Shown: positions 30,316-42,044, counted from the first letter of the stretch. The stretch is 64,000 nt of DNA from Bellilinea sp. (GCA_036822575.1 DAISHK010000008.1:19514-83513); one strand, 5' to 3'. Notes: generated by a model not told the origin, from the sequence alone. Numbers and translations: made by a program.

Positions 30316-31275
30316 ATGCAAAAGACGATCTCAGAAAAAACGTTTCATCCACTCGCCAAAACAAATCATCAAGCTCCTGATCTGCATAAGAAATTGCGCC
30401 TGGGAGAAGGGGTTATTCATGCGATCTTGTTTATCTGCGGCGCAATCTCCATTTTAACCACGCTGGGCATTGTTTTTGAGCTAGGCAAAGAGGCCATGCT
30501 GTTCTTTGGCAACCCAGAGGTCTCGCTGATTGAGTTTCTCACGACCATCAAATGGCAGCCAAAGATCGGCCAATTTGGCGTGCTGCCATTGGTCACATCA
30601 ACAATGATCACCAGTCTCATCGCGATCCTGGTAGCGCTGCCGTTAGGCATCGCCACAGCGGTATTTTTAAGCGAATATGCCTCTGCCAAAACCCGCAAAA
30701 TTTTAAAGCCCATCCTGGAAGTCCTGGCCGGGGTGCCTACAGTCGTCTATGGGTATTTTGCCCTGACCTTCATGACGCCGCTCCTGCGATCTATTTTCGG
30801 AAACTCGACGGTAGAAATATACAATATGGCCTCAGCAGGATTGGTGATGGGAATCATGATCCTGCCATTGATCAGTTCAATGAGTGAAGATGCCCTCACG
30901 GCTGTACCACGCTCATTGCGTGAAGCAGCTTATGGCCTGGGCGCTACCCGCCTGGAAACCGCAGTTCAGGTGGTGGTCCCGGCAGCTCTCTCCGGTATCA
31001 TTGCGGCCTTCATTTTAGGAGTGTCGCGCGCCGTCGGCGAAACGATGATCGTCGCCATTGCCGCCGGTTCAGGGCCGAACTTTACTTTCAACCCATTTGA
31101 AGCGGCTGAAACGATGACCGGTTATATCGCCCGCATTAGCGGCGGCGATCTGTCTTATGACACCCCCGACTACAACAGCATTTTCGCCATCGGACTGCTG
31201 CTCTTCCTGATTACACTGGCCTTGAATATCGCCAGCCGCAGTATTGCCCGCCGTTTCCGCGAGGTGTACGAATGA
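30316..31275 (+). CDS. pstC: Phosphate ABC transporter permease PstC
   Basis: [27 protein letters not shown]. Confidence 0.95.
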   Translation: MQKTISEKTFHPLAKTNHQAPDLHKKLRLGEGVIHAILFICGAISILTTLGIVFELGKEAMLFFGNPEVSLIEFLTTIKWQPKIGQFGVLPLVTSTMITSLIAILVALPLGIATAVFLSEYASAKTRKILKPILEVLAGVPTVVYGYFALTFMTPLLRSIFGNSTVEIYNMASAGLVMGIMILPLISSMSEDALTAVPRSLREAAYGLGATRLETAVQVVVPAALSGIIAAFILGVSRAVGETMIVAIAAGSGPNFTFNPFEAAETMTGYIARISGGDLSYDTPDYNSIFAIGLLLFLITLALNIASRSIARRFREVYE

Positions 31276-32525
31276 GCCAGAACGCCCCCATCCCAACCAA
31301 CCCTCTGGCAGATACTCCTGAATTATCCCAGTACCTGCATCGCCGCAACCGGCGCGCCTCCGCAGCCAAAGCTTTATTTTTTCTGGCGACATCCATTGGC
31401 ATTGTTATGCTGGCGATTCTTCTGGTTACAGTTGTCGATCAGGCTTTCGGGTTGGTCGCCATTGAAAATAAAGTTGACCCGGCCACTCTGGCTGACCGCC
31501 CGATCGCGGATTTATCGGTAGATGAACTTTCTGCAATTATCCGGGATAATCTTTCCAAGAATCGCGTAAAAACCATTGAACGCGCCGGCACATTAGAAAC
31601 CCAGCCGCAAAGCGATTTGGTATTAATCATTGAAGAAGATATCGTCAAGCCCAAGGTAGTGAAAAGCTATTCATTAATCGACTCGCTTTTCCGCGCCAAC
31701 GCCATTCGCGCCGAGGCAGCCGAAAATTACCCGGAAGCCAAAGTTGAGTTTCGCAACTGGCTTAACCGGCAGTTTCTCACCAATACCATGGCCAGCGATG
31801 CTGAGCTGGCCGGGGTTCGCTCGGCGTTGAAAGGCTCCTTGCTGCTGATTGCCATCACGGTTGCCTTCGCGTTTCCGATCGGCGTCGGCGCGGCTATCTA
31901 TCTGGAAGAATATGCCCGCAACGATAATTGGATTAACCGCATCATCCAAACCAATATCGATAACCTGGCTGGAGTACCATCCATTGTTTATGGTATATTA
32001 GGGCTGGCAGTGTTTGTGCGCAGTCTTGAGCCAATTACCAGCGGGGCATTATTCGGGGTTACCGGCGGCAACGGCCGTACAATTCTTTCAGCCGGTTTAA
32101 CCATGGGTCTGCTGGTTCTGCCAATTCTGATCATCAACGCGCAGGAAGCCATCCGCGCAGTACCGAACTCGCTGCGGCAAGCCAGTTTTGGTTTGGGCGC
32201 AACCCGTTGGCAGACGATCTGGTTTCATGTATTGCCGAATGCCCTGCCGGGGATATTAACCGGCACCATTCTAGCGATATCGCGAGCGATCGGTGAAACC
32301 GCCCCATTGATTGTTGTCGGCGCCAGCACCTTTATTACCAGTGATCCCAGCGGTCCGTTTTCCAACTTCACCGCTTTGCCGATCCAGATTTACAACTGGA
32401 CGACCCGCCCGCAGGATACTTTCCGCAATATCGCTGCGGCTGCGATTTTGGTTCTTTTAGGTTCATTATTGACGCTTAACGCGATCGCAATTTTACTGAG
32501 AAATCGTTTCACGAAACGAGTTTAA
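31272..32525 (+). CDS. pstA: Phosphate ABC transporter permease PstA
   Basis: [18 protein letters not shown]; extra periplasmic insertion. Confidence 0.95.
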   Translation: MSQNAPIPTNPLADTPELSQYLHRRNRRASAAKALFFLATSIGIVMLAILLVTVVDQAFGLVAIENKVDPATLADRPIADLSVDELSAIIRDNLSKNRVKTIERAGTLETQPQSDLVLIIEEDIVKPKVVKSYSLIDSLFRANAIRAEAAENYPEAKVEFRNWLNRQFLTNTMASDAELAGVRSALKGSLLLIAITVAFAFPIGVGAAIYLEEYARNDNWINRIIQTNIDNLAGVPSIVYGILGLAVFVRSLEPITSGALFGVTGGNGRTILSAGLTMGLLVLPILIINAQEAIRAVPNSLRQASFGLGATRWQTIWFHVLPNALPGILTGTILAISRAIGETAPLIVVGASTFITSDPSGPFSNFTALPIQIYNWTTRPQDTFRNIAAAAILVLLGSLLTLNAIAILLRNRFTKRV

Positions 32526-32530
32526 GGCGC

Positions 32531-33313
32531 ATGACAAACACCCCATCCAACCCTTATGCTATCGAAGCCAAAGATATCAGCATTTTTTACGGCGGATTCC
32601 GCGCGGTAAAAAATGTCTCCATGGCGATTGAACCCAACCACATTACCGCAATCATCGGACCCTCCGGATGCGGAAAGAGCACAGTATTGCGTTCTTTCAA
32701 CCGCATGAACGATTTTGTGCCGAATGCGCGTGTTGAAGGTGAAATTCTTTACCACGACACCAATATTTACGACAGCGACGTGGACCCGGTTCAAATTCGC
32801 CGCTCCATCGGAATGGTTTTCCAGAAGCCCAATCCGTTTCCAAAAACCATTTACGAAAATATCGCCTGGGGCGCGAAAATCAACGGCTTCAAAGGCAGCA
32901 GCGATGACCTGGTTGAAGAAACCTTACGCCAGGCGGCGCTGTGGGACGAAGTCAAGGATGACCTGAAGAAAAGCGCTCTGGCGCTCTCCGGCGGTCAGCA
33001 GCAGCGCTTGTGTATTGCCCGCGCCCTGGCCGTCCGCCCGGAAATCATCTTGATGGACGAACCCTGCTCTGCGCTTGATCCGATTGCCACCTTGAAAATT
33101 GAAGACCTGATGCGCGAACTCTCCAAGAATTACACCATCATCATTGTTACCCACAATATGCAGCAAGCCGCGCGCGCGTCAGACTTTACCGCCTTTTTCA
33201 CAATGGATGACGACCGCGCAGGTATAATGGTGGAGTATGGCGAAACTTCACAAATCTTTACGACCCCTCATGACCAACGCACCGAAGACTATATCACCGG
33301 CCGATTTGGTTAA
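32531..33313 (+). CDS. pstB: Phosphate ABC transporter ATP-binding protein
   Basis: [32 protein letters not shown]. Confidence 0.97.
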   Translation: MTNTPSNPYAIEAKDISIFYGGFRAVKNVSMAIEPNHITAIIGPSGCGKSTVLRSFNRMNDFVPNARVEGEILYHDTNIYDSDVDPVQIRRSIGMVFQKPNPFPKTIYENIAWGAKINGFKGSSDDLVEETLRQAALWDEVKDDLKKSALALSGGQQQRLCIARALAVRPEIILMDEPCSALDPIATLKIEDLMRELSKNYTIIIVTHNMQQAARASDFTAFFTMDDDRAGIMVEYGETSQIFTTPHDQRTEDYITGRFG

Positions 33314-33339
33314 TTTTTAGACGTCCAAAGGTAAATCCC

Positions 33340-34020
33340 ATGCCACGAGATACACTAAACCGGCAAATGAATCATATTCAAGACGAAATTCTCGTCCTGG
33401 GCAGCATGGTCGAGCAGGCTATGCTCTCCGCTGTGGATGCGCTCAAAAAACGCGACCGAAAAGCGGCTAAAGCCATTTTCGAGCAAGACCAGGTCATCAA
33501 CGATAAACGTTTTGCGATTGAGAACGCGATTATCATCCTGATGGCTACCCAGCAGCCCATGGCGCGCGATTTGCGCAATCTGGCTGCCATGTTGGAAGTC
33601 AACTCGGAATTGGAACGAATTGGCGATTATGCCAAAGGCGTAGCCAAAGTTGTTTTGCTGCTGGGCGATCATGAAGTCTTCATGCCGACCACGGAAATCA
33701 GCGAAATGGCCGATAAAGCGGTCAATATGCTGCACCGGGCTTTGAGCGCTTTCATCGACGAGAATGTCAATCAGGCGCTTTCCATTCCGCCCGAAGACAA
33801 CCAGGTCGATCAGCTTTTCAATGATGCCTATCATAAGATCGTCAAATCGATGATCGATAATCCGGCCAGCATTGATCAAACCAATTACATGATGTGGGTC
33901 ATCCATAACCTTGAACGTATGGCCGACCGTGTGACGAATATCTGCGAACGTACTGTGTTCATCGCCACCGGGGAATTGTTTGAAGTTGACAGTATGGACG
34001 AAGACGACCAGGACGTGTAA
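33340..34020 (+). CDS. phoU: Phosphate signalling protein PhoU
   Basis: QQPMARDLR, ERIGD, ERMAD repeats. Confidence 0.96.
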   Translation: MPRDTLNRQMNHIQDEILVLGSMVEQAMLSAVDALKKRDRKAAKAIFEQDQVINDKRFAIENAIIILMATQQPMARDLRNLAAMLEVNSELERIGDYAKGVAKVVLLLGDHEVFMPTTEISEMADKAVNMLHRALSAFIDENVNQALSIPPEDNQVDQLFNDAYHKIVKSMIDNPASIDQTNYMMWVIHNLERMADRVTNICERTVFIATGELFEVDSMDEDDQDV

Positions 34021-34037
34021 GCAACCCTGACTGAAGG

Positions 34038-34072
34038 AAAAAATGCCGCGGAACAACGCCCGCGGCATTTTT
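34038..34072 (+). terminator. Intrinsic terminator after phoU
   Basis: aaaaatgccgcg...cgcggcattttt. Confidence 0.75.
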
Positions 34073-34211
34073 ATTCTTTGCGCTGGATGTCCCAGCCGGC
34101 TTGAAAAGCAGGCAGCAGTTGAATATACGCAACAAAAAATGATATAAATATTTATCCAATTCGCTAACGATTACACAAAACCGAATATTTAACTCAGGCG
34201 GGCAGGTAAGC

Positions 34212-34949
34212 ATGTTACAGAAAGCAAATTACAAGGGTAAACTAATCGTCGTCGAGGGCATCGATGGCAGCGGAAAATCAACCCAAATTGATCTTCTCTA
34301 TAAATGGCTGAAATCTCAGGGAAAGGCTGTTTTCTTCAGCGAATGGAATTCCTCGCCTTTGGTGAAGAGTACCACCCGCCTGGCAAAAAAGGAGAAGGCG
34401 TTCACGCCGACCACCTTCAGCCTGCTGCAAGCCACCGATTTTGCCGCTCGCTGGGAAAACCAGATGCTGCCAATGCTCAAGGCCGGCGTAATTGTCCTGG
34501 CCGACCGGTACGCCTTTACTGCCTTTGCCCGCGATGTCGCCCGCGGAGTTCATCCGGATTGGGTACGCAATCTTTACTCCTTCGCCCCGCAGCCAGACCT
34601 GGTTTTCTATTTCCAGGTACCGGTCAATATTGCCGTGGAGCGAATTTTAGCCGGCCGGGCCAAACTCAAGTATTACGAGGCCGGCATGGATTTGAACCTT
34701 TCAGATAATAAAGTCACCAGCTTCCGCCTGTTCCAGCAGCGGATTATCAGTGAATACGATGGCATGATCCCTGAATTCAATTTCTGCGTGGTGGACGGCG
34801 CCCAACCCGTTCAAGACCAGCAGCATCTGGTTCGCCAACAGGTAAAGACCATTTTGCGCCGCTGGAAGGGCCTGCCTGTACTCAATTCGGCAACAAAAAG
34901 CCGTCAAAATCATAGTCAGACAACGCCAGATCAGGAGGCCGCACAATGA
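34212..34949 (+). CDS. Thymidylate-kinase-like P-loop kinase (candidate PPK3 catalytic subunit)
   Basis: EGIDGSGKSTQ P-loop, DRY motif, PDL, YYEAGMD. Confidence 0.85.
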   Translation: MLQKANYKGKLIVVEGIDGSGKSTQIDLLYKWLKSQGKAVFFSEWNSSPLVKSTTRLAKKEKAFTPTTFSLLQATDFAARWENQMLPMLKAGVIVLADRYAFTAFARDVARGVHPDWVRNLYSFAPQPDLVFYFQVPVNIAVERILAGRAKLKYYEAGMDLNLSDNKVTSFRLFQQRIISEYDGMIPEFNFCVVDGAQPVQDQQHLVRQQVKTILRRWKGLPVLNSATKSRQNHSQTTPDQEAAQ

Positions 34950-35632
34950 CGGATAATGCATTTTACGGCACCGGGCTGCCATATACCCAAATTGGTGATC
35001 TGCCCGGAAAATTGATTGTTCTGGAAGGTTCAGATGGTGTCGGTCGCTCAACACAGATTGAACTCTTGCGCAACTGGTTTGAGGCGCAAGGACTGGCCGT
35101 ATCGGATACCGGCTTGCGCCGGTCAACGTTAACCCAGGCCGGGTTGGACGCCGCAAAACAGGGCCATACCCTCAGCCGTACTACCATGAGCCTGTTTTAC
35201 GCCACCGATTTCGCCGACCGACTTGAAAATCAAATTATTCCGGCGCTCAAAGCCGGTTTTTATGTCCTATCAGACCGCTATTTTTTCTCAATTATCGCCC
35301 GCGATATTGTCCGCGGCGCTGATTCGATTTGGGCGCGTAAAATCTACGAATTTGCGCTTAAACCCGATCTGGTTTTCTATTTGCGAGCGGATGTCAGTAC
35401 GCTGGTCACCCGCATGGTCCAGGGCCGTGGTTTTGATTATTGGGAATCCGGCATGGATATCCGCTGTGCGGATAACCTTTATGATAGTTTTATCGCTTAT
35501 CAGAACTGCCTGATCGATCAATTCGACCAAATGGCCTTGGAGTACAATTTCATTACCATTGACGCCACCCGTCCGGTTATGAACGTGTTCAAGCAGTTGA
35601 AAGATATTATTCAAGAAAAGCTGTTCACTTAA
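34946..35632 (+). CDS. Thymidylate-kinase-like paralogue with degenerate P-loop (candidate PPK3 regulatory subunit)
   Basis: EGSDGVGRSTQ (K to R), DRY, YWESGMD; ATGA overlap with the previous gene. Confidence 0.85.
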   Translation: MTDNAFYGTGLPYTQIGDLPGKLIVLEGSDGVGRSTQIELLRNWFEAQGLAVSDTGLRRSTLTQAGLDAAKQGHTLSRTTMSLFYATDFADRLENQIIPALKAGFYVLSDRYFFSIIARDIVRGADSIWARKIYEFALKPDLVFYLRADVSTLVTRMVQGRGFDYWESGMDIRCADNLYDSFIAYQNCLIDQFDQMALEYNFITIDATRPVMNVFKQLKDIIQEKLFT

Positions 35633-35656
35633 CGAAGTTTTTCATTTTAGCGAGGC

Positions 35657-36655
35657 ATGATGACCAAAGCTGACAGCACTGCCCTGATCATTTTTTCCGC
35701 CGTTACCGTTCAAAGGTTTTTGACAGCCTTTCAAGCTGAGATTGATTCTGTCGCTTCTCTGGATGCGGATAGTGTTGAAGCTGTGCATCGCATGCGCGTC
35801 GCCGGGCGGCGTTTACGCAATGCGCTTGAGCTTCTGGGAGGAACCATCGCGCCGAAACGGGCTTTGCTCTGGCGCAAAGAAATTGGCCGGCTGACGCGCG
35901 CTCTGGGTGATGCCCGCGATACAGATGTTCTGGTGCTCTACCTGGAGCAATACCTGCTCGACTGTCCATCGGCTGAACGACCGGGTATCCGCCGTTTCAT
36001 CCTGCGCCTGCGTCAGGCGCGCGCCGCTAACCTGGCAAAAATTCATAAAGCCCTGAAAAGCCTGGATAAAAGCGGTGTCGGTGCAGAAATTCTGGCGCGC
36101 ACCGAAAGCTTGACCCCGTTGGAAGAATTTGTAAATATCCAAAATCCTGAAGTGCAAACGCATGCCGCGCAGGCCATCAACCGCCGTCTGGATGACTTTC
36201 TCGCCAATGAAAGCGCTATAGGCGTGGTGGAAGACATTGCCGGCTTGCATTACATGCGCATTCTGGCTAAACACCTGCGTTATACACTGGAAATTTATGA
36301 ACCGGTTTACGCCGGTCAGTTAGCGCCAACCATAAAAGTTTTACGTCAGATGCAAGATCAATTAGGCGCGATTCATGATTATGACGTTTGGGTAGAACGC
36401 ATTAACGAATTTCTGCAAATCGAACAGGAACGCACCGCCACCTACTTTGGTTCTGCGCGCCCGTTTAAACGCCTCCAACCTGGCCTGAACGCCTTCAGCC
36501 GGCACTGCCAGCAGCGCCGCGAAGAGACCTACATCGCCTTCAAAGCGGATTGGGAAGCATGGAAATCCAAAATGCTGTGGGAAAATCTGCGCAGCCTGAT
36601 CGTACCAGGCGAAACGCCAGACCAACCCGAACATCAGGAAGGCGAAGCTGAATGA
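35657..36655 (+). CDS. CHAD-domain (polyphosphate-binding) protein
   Basis: VHRMRVAGRRLR, LGDARDTDV, LHYMRILAKHLRYTLE, QDQLGAIHD. Confidence 0.92.
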   Translation: MMTKADSTALIIFSAVTVQRFLTAFQAEIDSVASLDADSVEAVHRMRVAGRRLRNALELLGGTIAPKRALLWRKEIGRLTRALGDARDTDVLVLYLEQYLLDCPSAERPGIRRFILRLRQARAANLAKIHKALKSLDKSGVGAEILARTESLTPLEEFVNIQNPEVQTHAAQAINRRLDDFLANESAIGVVEDIAGLHYMRILAKHLRYTLEIYEPVYAGQLAPTIKVLRQMQDQLGAIHDYDVWVERINEFLQIEQERTATYFGSARPFKRLQPGLNAFSRHCQQRREETYIAFKADWEAWKSKMLWENLRSLIVPGETPDQPEHQEGEAE

Positions 36656-37389
36656 AAATCGGTCTGATCGGTGATATCCATGCCAACCTGCCCGCTCTGG
36701 TTGCCGTTAATGACCACTTGCAGCGCTGGAAAATTGAGCAAATCTGGAATATTGGTGATTTTGTCGGCTACGGGCCTTACCCCAACCAGGCTATTGATTT
36801 CTGCCGACGCATGCAGTATGTCAGCGTCAGCGGCAATTACGACCACAAAGTGCTGCATTTCGAAGAAAAGGAACGCAAGTGGGCGCGCAAGAAAATTCCT
36901 GAAAAGATGGTTTCGTTCCGCTGGGCCGCCGAACAGCTCAGTCCTGAGAATCGCGCGTATTTAGCTGAATTGCCAGACCAACGAGAATTTTTAATTGAGG
37001 GCTGGCGCATCCTGCTGATTCACTCCTCGCCGGCCGATCCTAAAGAACACCTCTGCCCGGCAACGCCGCTCGCCCGTCTGGAAGAAATCAGCCGGCAGTA
37101 TCCGTATGATCTGATTATTTGCGGCCACTCTCACGAACCATTTATTCGCAAAGCTGGGAAAACCTGGTTTATCAATACCGGCAGCGTCGGCCGGCCAGAT
37201 GACGGCGACCCACGCGCCACGTACGCCTACCTGGAATTACGCCCTGGCGCGCTGTGGGCCTGCCATTTACGTGTTGCCTATCCGGTCTCAGAAACGGTTG
37301 CGGAAATTCGCCGTCAGGAATTGCCAGAAGATTACGCCCAGATGCTGCTGCATGGGCGCAATCTCGAAAGCATTCTGGCCGAAAAGTAG
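36652..37389 (+). CDS. Calcineurin-like metallophosphoesterase
   Basis: DIHAN, GDFVGYG, GNYD, GHSH, NTGSVG; ATGA overlap with the CHAD gene. Confidence 0.9.
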   Translation: MKIGLIGDIHANLPALVAVNDHLQRWKIEQIWNIGDFVGYGPYPNQAIDFCRRMQYVSVSGNYDHKVLHFEEKERKWARKKIPEKMVSFRWAAEQLSPENRAYLAELPDQREFLIEGWRILLIHSSPADPKEHLCPATPLARLEEISRQYPYDLIICGHSHEPFIRKAGKTWFINTGSVGRPDDGDPRATYAYLELRPGALWACHLRVAYPVSETVAEIRRQELPEDYAQMLLHGRNLESILAEK

Positions 37390-37393
37390 ATCA

Positions 37394-38176
37394 TTAAGCA
37401 GACCTGGCAGACAGCCAGCCCATCCAGGCCCAGGGCAGCATGGCGAACAGGCCGGCCATCCCCGCGCCGCCCAAACCGGTAAAGAGGTCCATCAGTACGG
37501 TTGAACAGCCCATAGCCGCATAGGCGAGCACCGCCCAACTGGCTGGCACCACCGCTTTTTCGGTTTTTAAGGCACGCGGCCGCACAATCAGCAGGAAAGC
37601 TAACAACGCACAGAAAGAAGTCAGCCACCAGCCCCAATAATTTTGCAGCGGTACACCGAAATACGCGCCTTGTACCTCCCAAACCCAGTGCCCCCCGGCC
37701 ACCATAAGCGGGTCCATGCCTACATCCCAAGCCGTCATCACCAGGCCGCCTAATGCGGCTGTAGATAAGGCTTTCTGCCATGCAGGGCCAGGGCGCGAGC
37801 CAAGCAAGCTTTCCGCGATCACCAGCGAGGCATACATCATCATAAACCAGGCCGCCGGAATGAGATAAGGCACCAGGTTGAGAAATTTCGGTCCAAGTTT
37901 ATCCGTATAATGATATGGACCATAAACGCTGCCGGTGGCGACGCCAACGCTTTCAAACGCCAGGCTGATCAACACTACCAAAACCAGTAAAATCAGCAAT
38001 CCGCGCCAGCCGTAGCGTTGAACGCCATGCGTGACGCCGAAAGCAAAGGTGCACAGGGTTGTAATCGCGGTCAGCCCAGGCACAGAAAACGACAGCCAGA
38101 GATGATCAATGATGCCAAAGGCCATTAACACGATGGAAATGAGCAGCAATAATTTACTGATGGTCCGCAGTTTCAT
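37394..38176 (-). CDS. CruF-like carotenoid biosynthesis membrane protein (DUF422)
   Basis: ESVGVATG..YGPYHY, WDVGMDP, GVPLQNYWGW. Confidence 0.75.
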   Translation of the reverse strand: MKLRTISKLLLLISIVLMAFGIIDHLWLSFSVPGLTAITTLCTFAFGVTHGVQRYGWRGLLILLVLVVLISLAFESVGVATGSVYGPYHYTDKLGPKFLNLVPYLIPAAWFMMMYASLVIAESLLGSRPGPAWQKALSTAALGGLVMTAWDVGMDPLMVAGGHWVWEVQGAYFGVPLQNYWGWWLTSFCALLAFLLIVRPRALKTEKAVVPASWAVLAYAAMGCSTVLMDLFTGLGGAGMAGLFAMLPWAWMGWLSARSA

Positions 38177-38414
38177 TAGCTTTTTCCTGTAACGATTATG
38201 ATTTATTAACACTGACAATCCTTTAATATTTTATTGATATTTTTCATATAGAGCCAGCCTATGATTAAATCTAGAATAATCATGAAGATCCGGCGTAGTT
38301 TGCTGGAAATTGGGTCGGATAATTAAACCTAAAGGTATTGCGCTTGCTTTCGTCGGATTTTAATACCTGCCCCCGCCGGTTGTTCCATAAACTGTACTCA
38401 TCAGGAGGAAGACG

Positions 38415-41006
38415 ATGAATCTGGATCGTTACACTCAAAAAGCACAAGAGGCTATTTTCGCCGCTCAACAGTTGGCGCAGGATATGTCTCATCAGGAAAT
38501 TGAACCCGCGCACCTCCTGCTTGCATTGGTTGAACAAGATGAAGGCGTTGTTCCGGCTATTGTCACGCGTATCTCCGGCTCAACCAAAGCGCTGGCTGAA
38601 GAGGTGCGCAGCGAGCTGGGAAAACGCTCAAAGGTATATGGCAGCCAGCAGCAACCCGGACTGGCCCGCGCGACCAGCGAAGTTCTGAATGCGGCCGAGC
38701 GTTATGCGAAAGGCATGCAAGATGACTTCATTTCAACAGAACATATTTTGCTGGGATTGACCGACAGTCCGGAAAGCAAAAGACTGGCGCAATACGGCCT
38801 GAACAAAGACGCGATCTTGAAGGCATTAGCCTCCGTGCGCGGATCTCAGCGAGTGACTACCCAAAACCCAGAAGCAACCTACCAGTCATTGGAAAAATAT
38901 GGCCGCGATCTGACCGCCGTTGCCCGTCAGGGCAAACTGGACCCGGTCATTGGCCGTGACGAGGAAATTCGCCGTACCATTCAAATCCTTTCCCGCCGGA
39001 CAAAAAATAATCCGGCATTGATTGGCGAACCGGGTGTCGGAAAAACCGCCATCGTTGAAGGGCTGGCACAGCGTATTGTCAATGGTGACGTGCCTGAAGG
39101 TTTGAAACACAAACGCCTGGTTCAGCTTGATATGGGCGCGCTGGTAGCCGGCGCAAAATTCCGCGGCGAGTTCGAGGAACGGTTAAAAGCCGTTTTGAAA
39201 GAAGTGACCGAATCCTCGGGAGAGGTCATTCTCTTCATTGATGAAATGCATACGGTCGTCGGCGCTGGCGCGGCGGAAGGCTCAATGGACGCCGGAAACA
39301 TGCTCAAGCCAATGCTGGCGCGCGGTGAACTGCATATGATTGGCGCGACCACCCTGGACGAATACCGCAAATACGTAGAAAAAGACCCGGCGCTGGAGCG
39401 CCGCTTCCAGCCTGTAGTGGTTGAAGAGCCTTCGGTTGAAGATACCATCAGCATCTTGCGCGGACTGAAACAGCGCTATGAGGTGCATCACGGTGTCCGC
39501 ATTACCGATCCGGCTGTGATTGCCGCCGCTACGCTATCAAACCGCTATATCACTGACCGCCACTTGCCGGACAAGGCCATTGATCTGATCGATGAAGCCG
39601 CGGCCCGTCTGCGCACGGAGATCGACTCCAAACCGCAGGCATTGGATGAAGTTGACCGTCAGGTGATGCAGCTCGAAATTGAACGCCAGGCACTGCAAAA
39701 GGAAAAAGATAAGGCCTCACAAGAACGTCTGGGCAAGATTGAGCAGGAATTAGCGGACCTGAAAGAGCATTCGGCCCAGTTAAACACCCGCTGGCAAACC
39801 GAGAAGCAGGCTATAGCGGTTCTGCGTGAAATCAAAGAAAAGATAGACCAGGCACAGGTCGAAATTGAGCATGCCGAACGAGGCAGCAACCTGGAAGAAG
39901 CCGCCCGGCTGCGCTATGGAACCATGCCTGAACTGGAAAAGAAACGCACGCAGGCAGAGGAACGGCTTAAACAACTGCAATCGGAAGGCGCGTTGCTGAA
40001 AGAAGAAGTGGACGCGGAAGAGATCGCCCAAATCGTTTCACGCTGGACCAATATCCCGGTCAGCCGTTTGATGGAAGGCGAAGTGCAGAAGCTTATTCAC
40101 ATGGAAGACCGTCTGCATGAACGCGTTGTCGGCCAGGACGAAGCCATCCGCGCGGTAGCCAACGCCGTACGCCGCGCACGCGCCGGCTTGCAGGACCCCA
40201 ACCGGCCCATTGGTTCGTTTATCTTTCTCGGGCCGACCGGCGTCGGTAAAACTGAGTTAGCGCGCTCTTTGGCGCACTTCCTCTTTGACGATGAACGCGC
40301 CATGATTCGCATCGATATGAGCGAATACCAGGAAAAGCATACCGTCTCGCGGTTGATTGGCGCCCCTCCAGGCTATGTCGGCTATGAAGAAGGCGGCCAG
40401 TTGACCGAAGCTGTGCGGCGGCGTCCCTACTCCGTGGTGCTGTTCGACGAAATCGAGAAAGCCCACAGCGAAGTTTTCAATGTGCTGCTGCAATTGCTGG
40501 ATGACGGCCGCCTGACGGATGGTCAGGGCCGGACAGTGGATTTTCGCAACACGGTTGTTATTCTGACCAGCAACCTGGGCGGTGAATTGTGGCTCAACCA
40601 CGCCAGCCATCCAGACCGCGATCAGATCAATAAGGTGCTTCAGGCGCACTTCCGCCCCGAGTTCCTTAACCGTATTGATGAAATTGTGGTCTTCAGCCCG
40701 CTGACTCGCGCCGATTTAGTCCGCATTGTGGATATTCAGCTTGAACACCTGAAACGGCTGATGAAAGAGCGCGGTCTGGCGCTGGAAGTGACCCCTGAAG
40801 CGCGCGCCTACCTGGCTGAAAGCGGTTATGATCCTGATTTTGGCGCCCGTCCGCTGAAACGCACCATTCAGCGCGAAATTCAAGACCCGCTGGCGCTCAA
40901 AGTGCTTTCGGGTGAATTCCACGAAGGCGATACGGTTTTGGTGGATCATGGCCCAGAGGGATTGTCTTTCCAGGCCGTCACCAGCGGTGAAGTTGTCGAA
41001 GCCTAG
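38415..41006 (+). CDS. clpB: ATP-dependent chaperone ClpB
   Basis: Two Walker A motifs ([16 protein letters not shown]), coiled-coil M domain, FRPEFLNR. Confidence 0.97.
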   Translation: MNLDRYTQKAQEAIFAAQQLAQDMSHQEIEPAHLLLALVEQDEGVVPAIVTRISGSTKALAEEVRSELGKRSKVYGSQQQPGLARATSEVLNAAERYAKGMQDDFISTEHILLGLTDSPESKRLAQYGLNKDAILKALASVRGSQRVTTQNPEATYQSLEKYGRDLTAVARQGKLDPVIGRDEEIRRTIQILSRRTKNNPALIGEPGVGKTAIVEGLAQRIVNGDVPEGLKHKRLVQLDMGALVAGAKFRGEFEERLKAVLKEVTESSGEVILFIDEMHTVVGAGAAEGSMDAGNMLKPMLARGELHMIGATTLDEYRKYVEKDPALERRFQPVVVEEPSVEDTISILRGLKQRYEVHHGVRITDPAVIAAATLSNRYITDRHLPDKAIDLIDEAAARLRTEIDSKPQALDEVDRQVMQLEIERQALQKEKDKASQERLGKIEQELADLKEHSAQLNTRWQTEKQAIAVLREIKEKIDQAQVEIEHAERGSNLEEAARLRYGTMPELEKKRTQAEERLKQLQSEGALLKEEVDAEEIAQIVSRWTNIPVSRLMEGEVQKLIHMEDRLHERVVGQDEAIRAVANAVRRARAGLQDPNRPIGSFIFLGPTGVGKTELARSLAHFLFDDERAMIRIDMSEYQEKHTVSRLIGAPPGYVGYEEGGQLTEAVRRRPYSVVLFDEIEKAHSEVFNVLLQLLDDGRLTDGQGRTVDFRNTVVILTSNLGGELWLNHASHPDRDQINKVLQAHFRPEFLNRIDEIVVFSPLTRADLVRIVDIQLEHLKRLMKERGLALEVTPEARAYLAESGYDPDFGARPLKRTIQREIQDPLALKVLSGEFHEGDTVLVDHGPEGLSFQAVTSGEVVEA

Positions 41007-41014
41007 TGTTGTTC

Positions 41015-41049
41015 AAAAAAGTCCTCGGAGTTTTCCGAGGACTTTTTTT
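41015..41049. terminator. Bidirectional intrinsic terminator
   Basis: aaaaaagtcctcgga-gttt-tccgaggactttttt between convergent genes. Confidence 0.85.
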
Positions 41050-41053
41050 ATTC

Positions 41054-41929
41054 TCAGCGTAACAGCGGCGGCAGGTTCGCCACACCCGCGAACAAGTCGG
41101 TTTCCACTTTGCCGTTGGCAGGCGGATAGGCGCGCATATAAATTTCTTTGGCCATTACCAGCCGGCGCAGCGGCGCCAGCCACCCGCCCGAAAGGCTTGC
41201 GCCGCCCTGGCTGGCGTGGCATTTGGCGGCCGCGTCGCGGATATCAGCAACTGCGCCATAACGAATTACCGCGTTGGTTGGAAAATCGACATTGGCAATC
41301 GCCGCCAGATCGATATCCTTGTTGCGGCCGAATTGATGCGGGTTGCGGCCGGCGAACCGCATCAGGCGAACGACCAGCTTGAGAAAACCGCGCGGCATGG
41401 TCTGGTAATAGAATTTGGCCGGCTGGAAGGCTGGCAGCCCCTCATTATCCTGGTATGCCGGGTCTGCGGCTAGATTGAACGCCTCTACAGTGGCGTTATG
41501 GATGGCAATATGGTCAGGATGGCGGTAACCGCCGATCGGGTCAAAAGTTACCAGAACGTCCGGCTGCAATTGACGGATGAAACCGGCCACTTCGCCGGCC
41601 ACCTGTTGCGTGGGCTGAGCGGCCAGCGCGCGTGGATGGTGGTTATCTTCTGAGCCGGGCATTCCCGAATCACGATAATCCAGGAAAAAGACTTCTTCCA
41701 ACCCCAGCGTTCCGGCCGCGCAGCGCAATTCCGCTTCTCTTAATTCGGCGATCGTATCATAACCGCGCATAAATTCAGGGTCAACATCGCCAACTTCACC
41801 GCGCGTTGCGCAGACCAGATATACCTTTACGCCGCGGCGCGCATAATATGCCAGCGTCCCGCCGGCGCCAAAAGACTCATCATCCGGATGAGCCATCACA
41901 ATCAACAGTGTCGGTGCTTTTTCACTCAT
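41054..41929 (-). CDS. PIG-L/MshB-family deacetylase
   Basis: AHPDDE, TRGE, HPDH, HASQ. Confidence 0.9.
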   Translation of the reverse strand: MSEKAPTLLIVMAHPDDESFGAGGTLAYYARRGVKVYLVCATRGEVGDVDPEFMRGYDTIAELREAELRCAAGTLGLEEVFFLDYRDSGMPGSEDNHHPRALAAQPTQQVAGEVAGFIRQLQPDVLVTFDPIGGYRHPDHIAIHNATVEAFNLAADPAYQDNEGLPAFQPAKFYYQTMPRGFLKLVVRLMRFAGRNPHQFGRNKDIDLAAIANVDFPTNAVIRYGAVADIRDAAAKCHASQGGASLSGGWLAPLRRLVMAKEIYMRAYPPANGKVETDLFAGVANLPPLLR

Positions 41930-42044
41930 AACAATAAATTCCTGACTCGCATAGCAATCTGCATTTTAAAATCGATGGGCTTTATTGTAGACCCATCCGG
42001 TCGGAATTTCAAATTTTCAGCCGCTTTTTAGCAAGGCCGTATAC

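Noticed and set aside
38220..38414. Heat-shock operator upstream of clpB
   Set aside because: No CIRCE, HAIR or CtsR repeat could be read.
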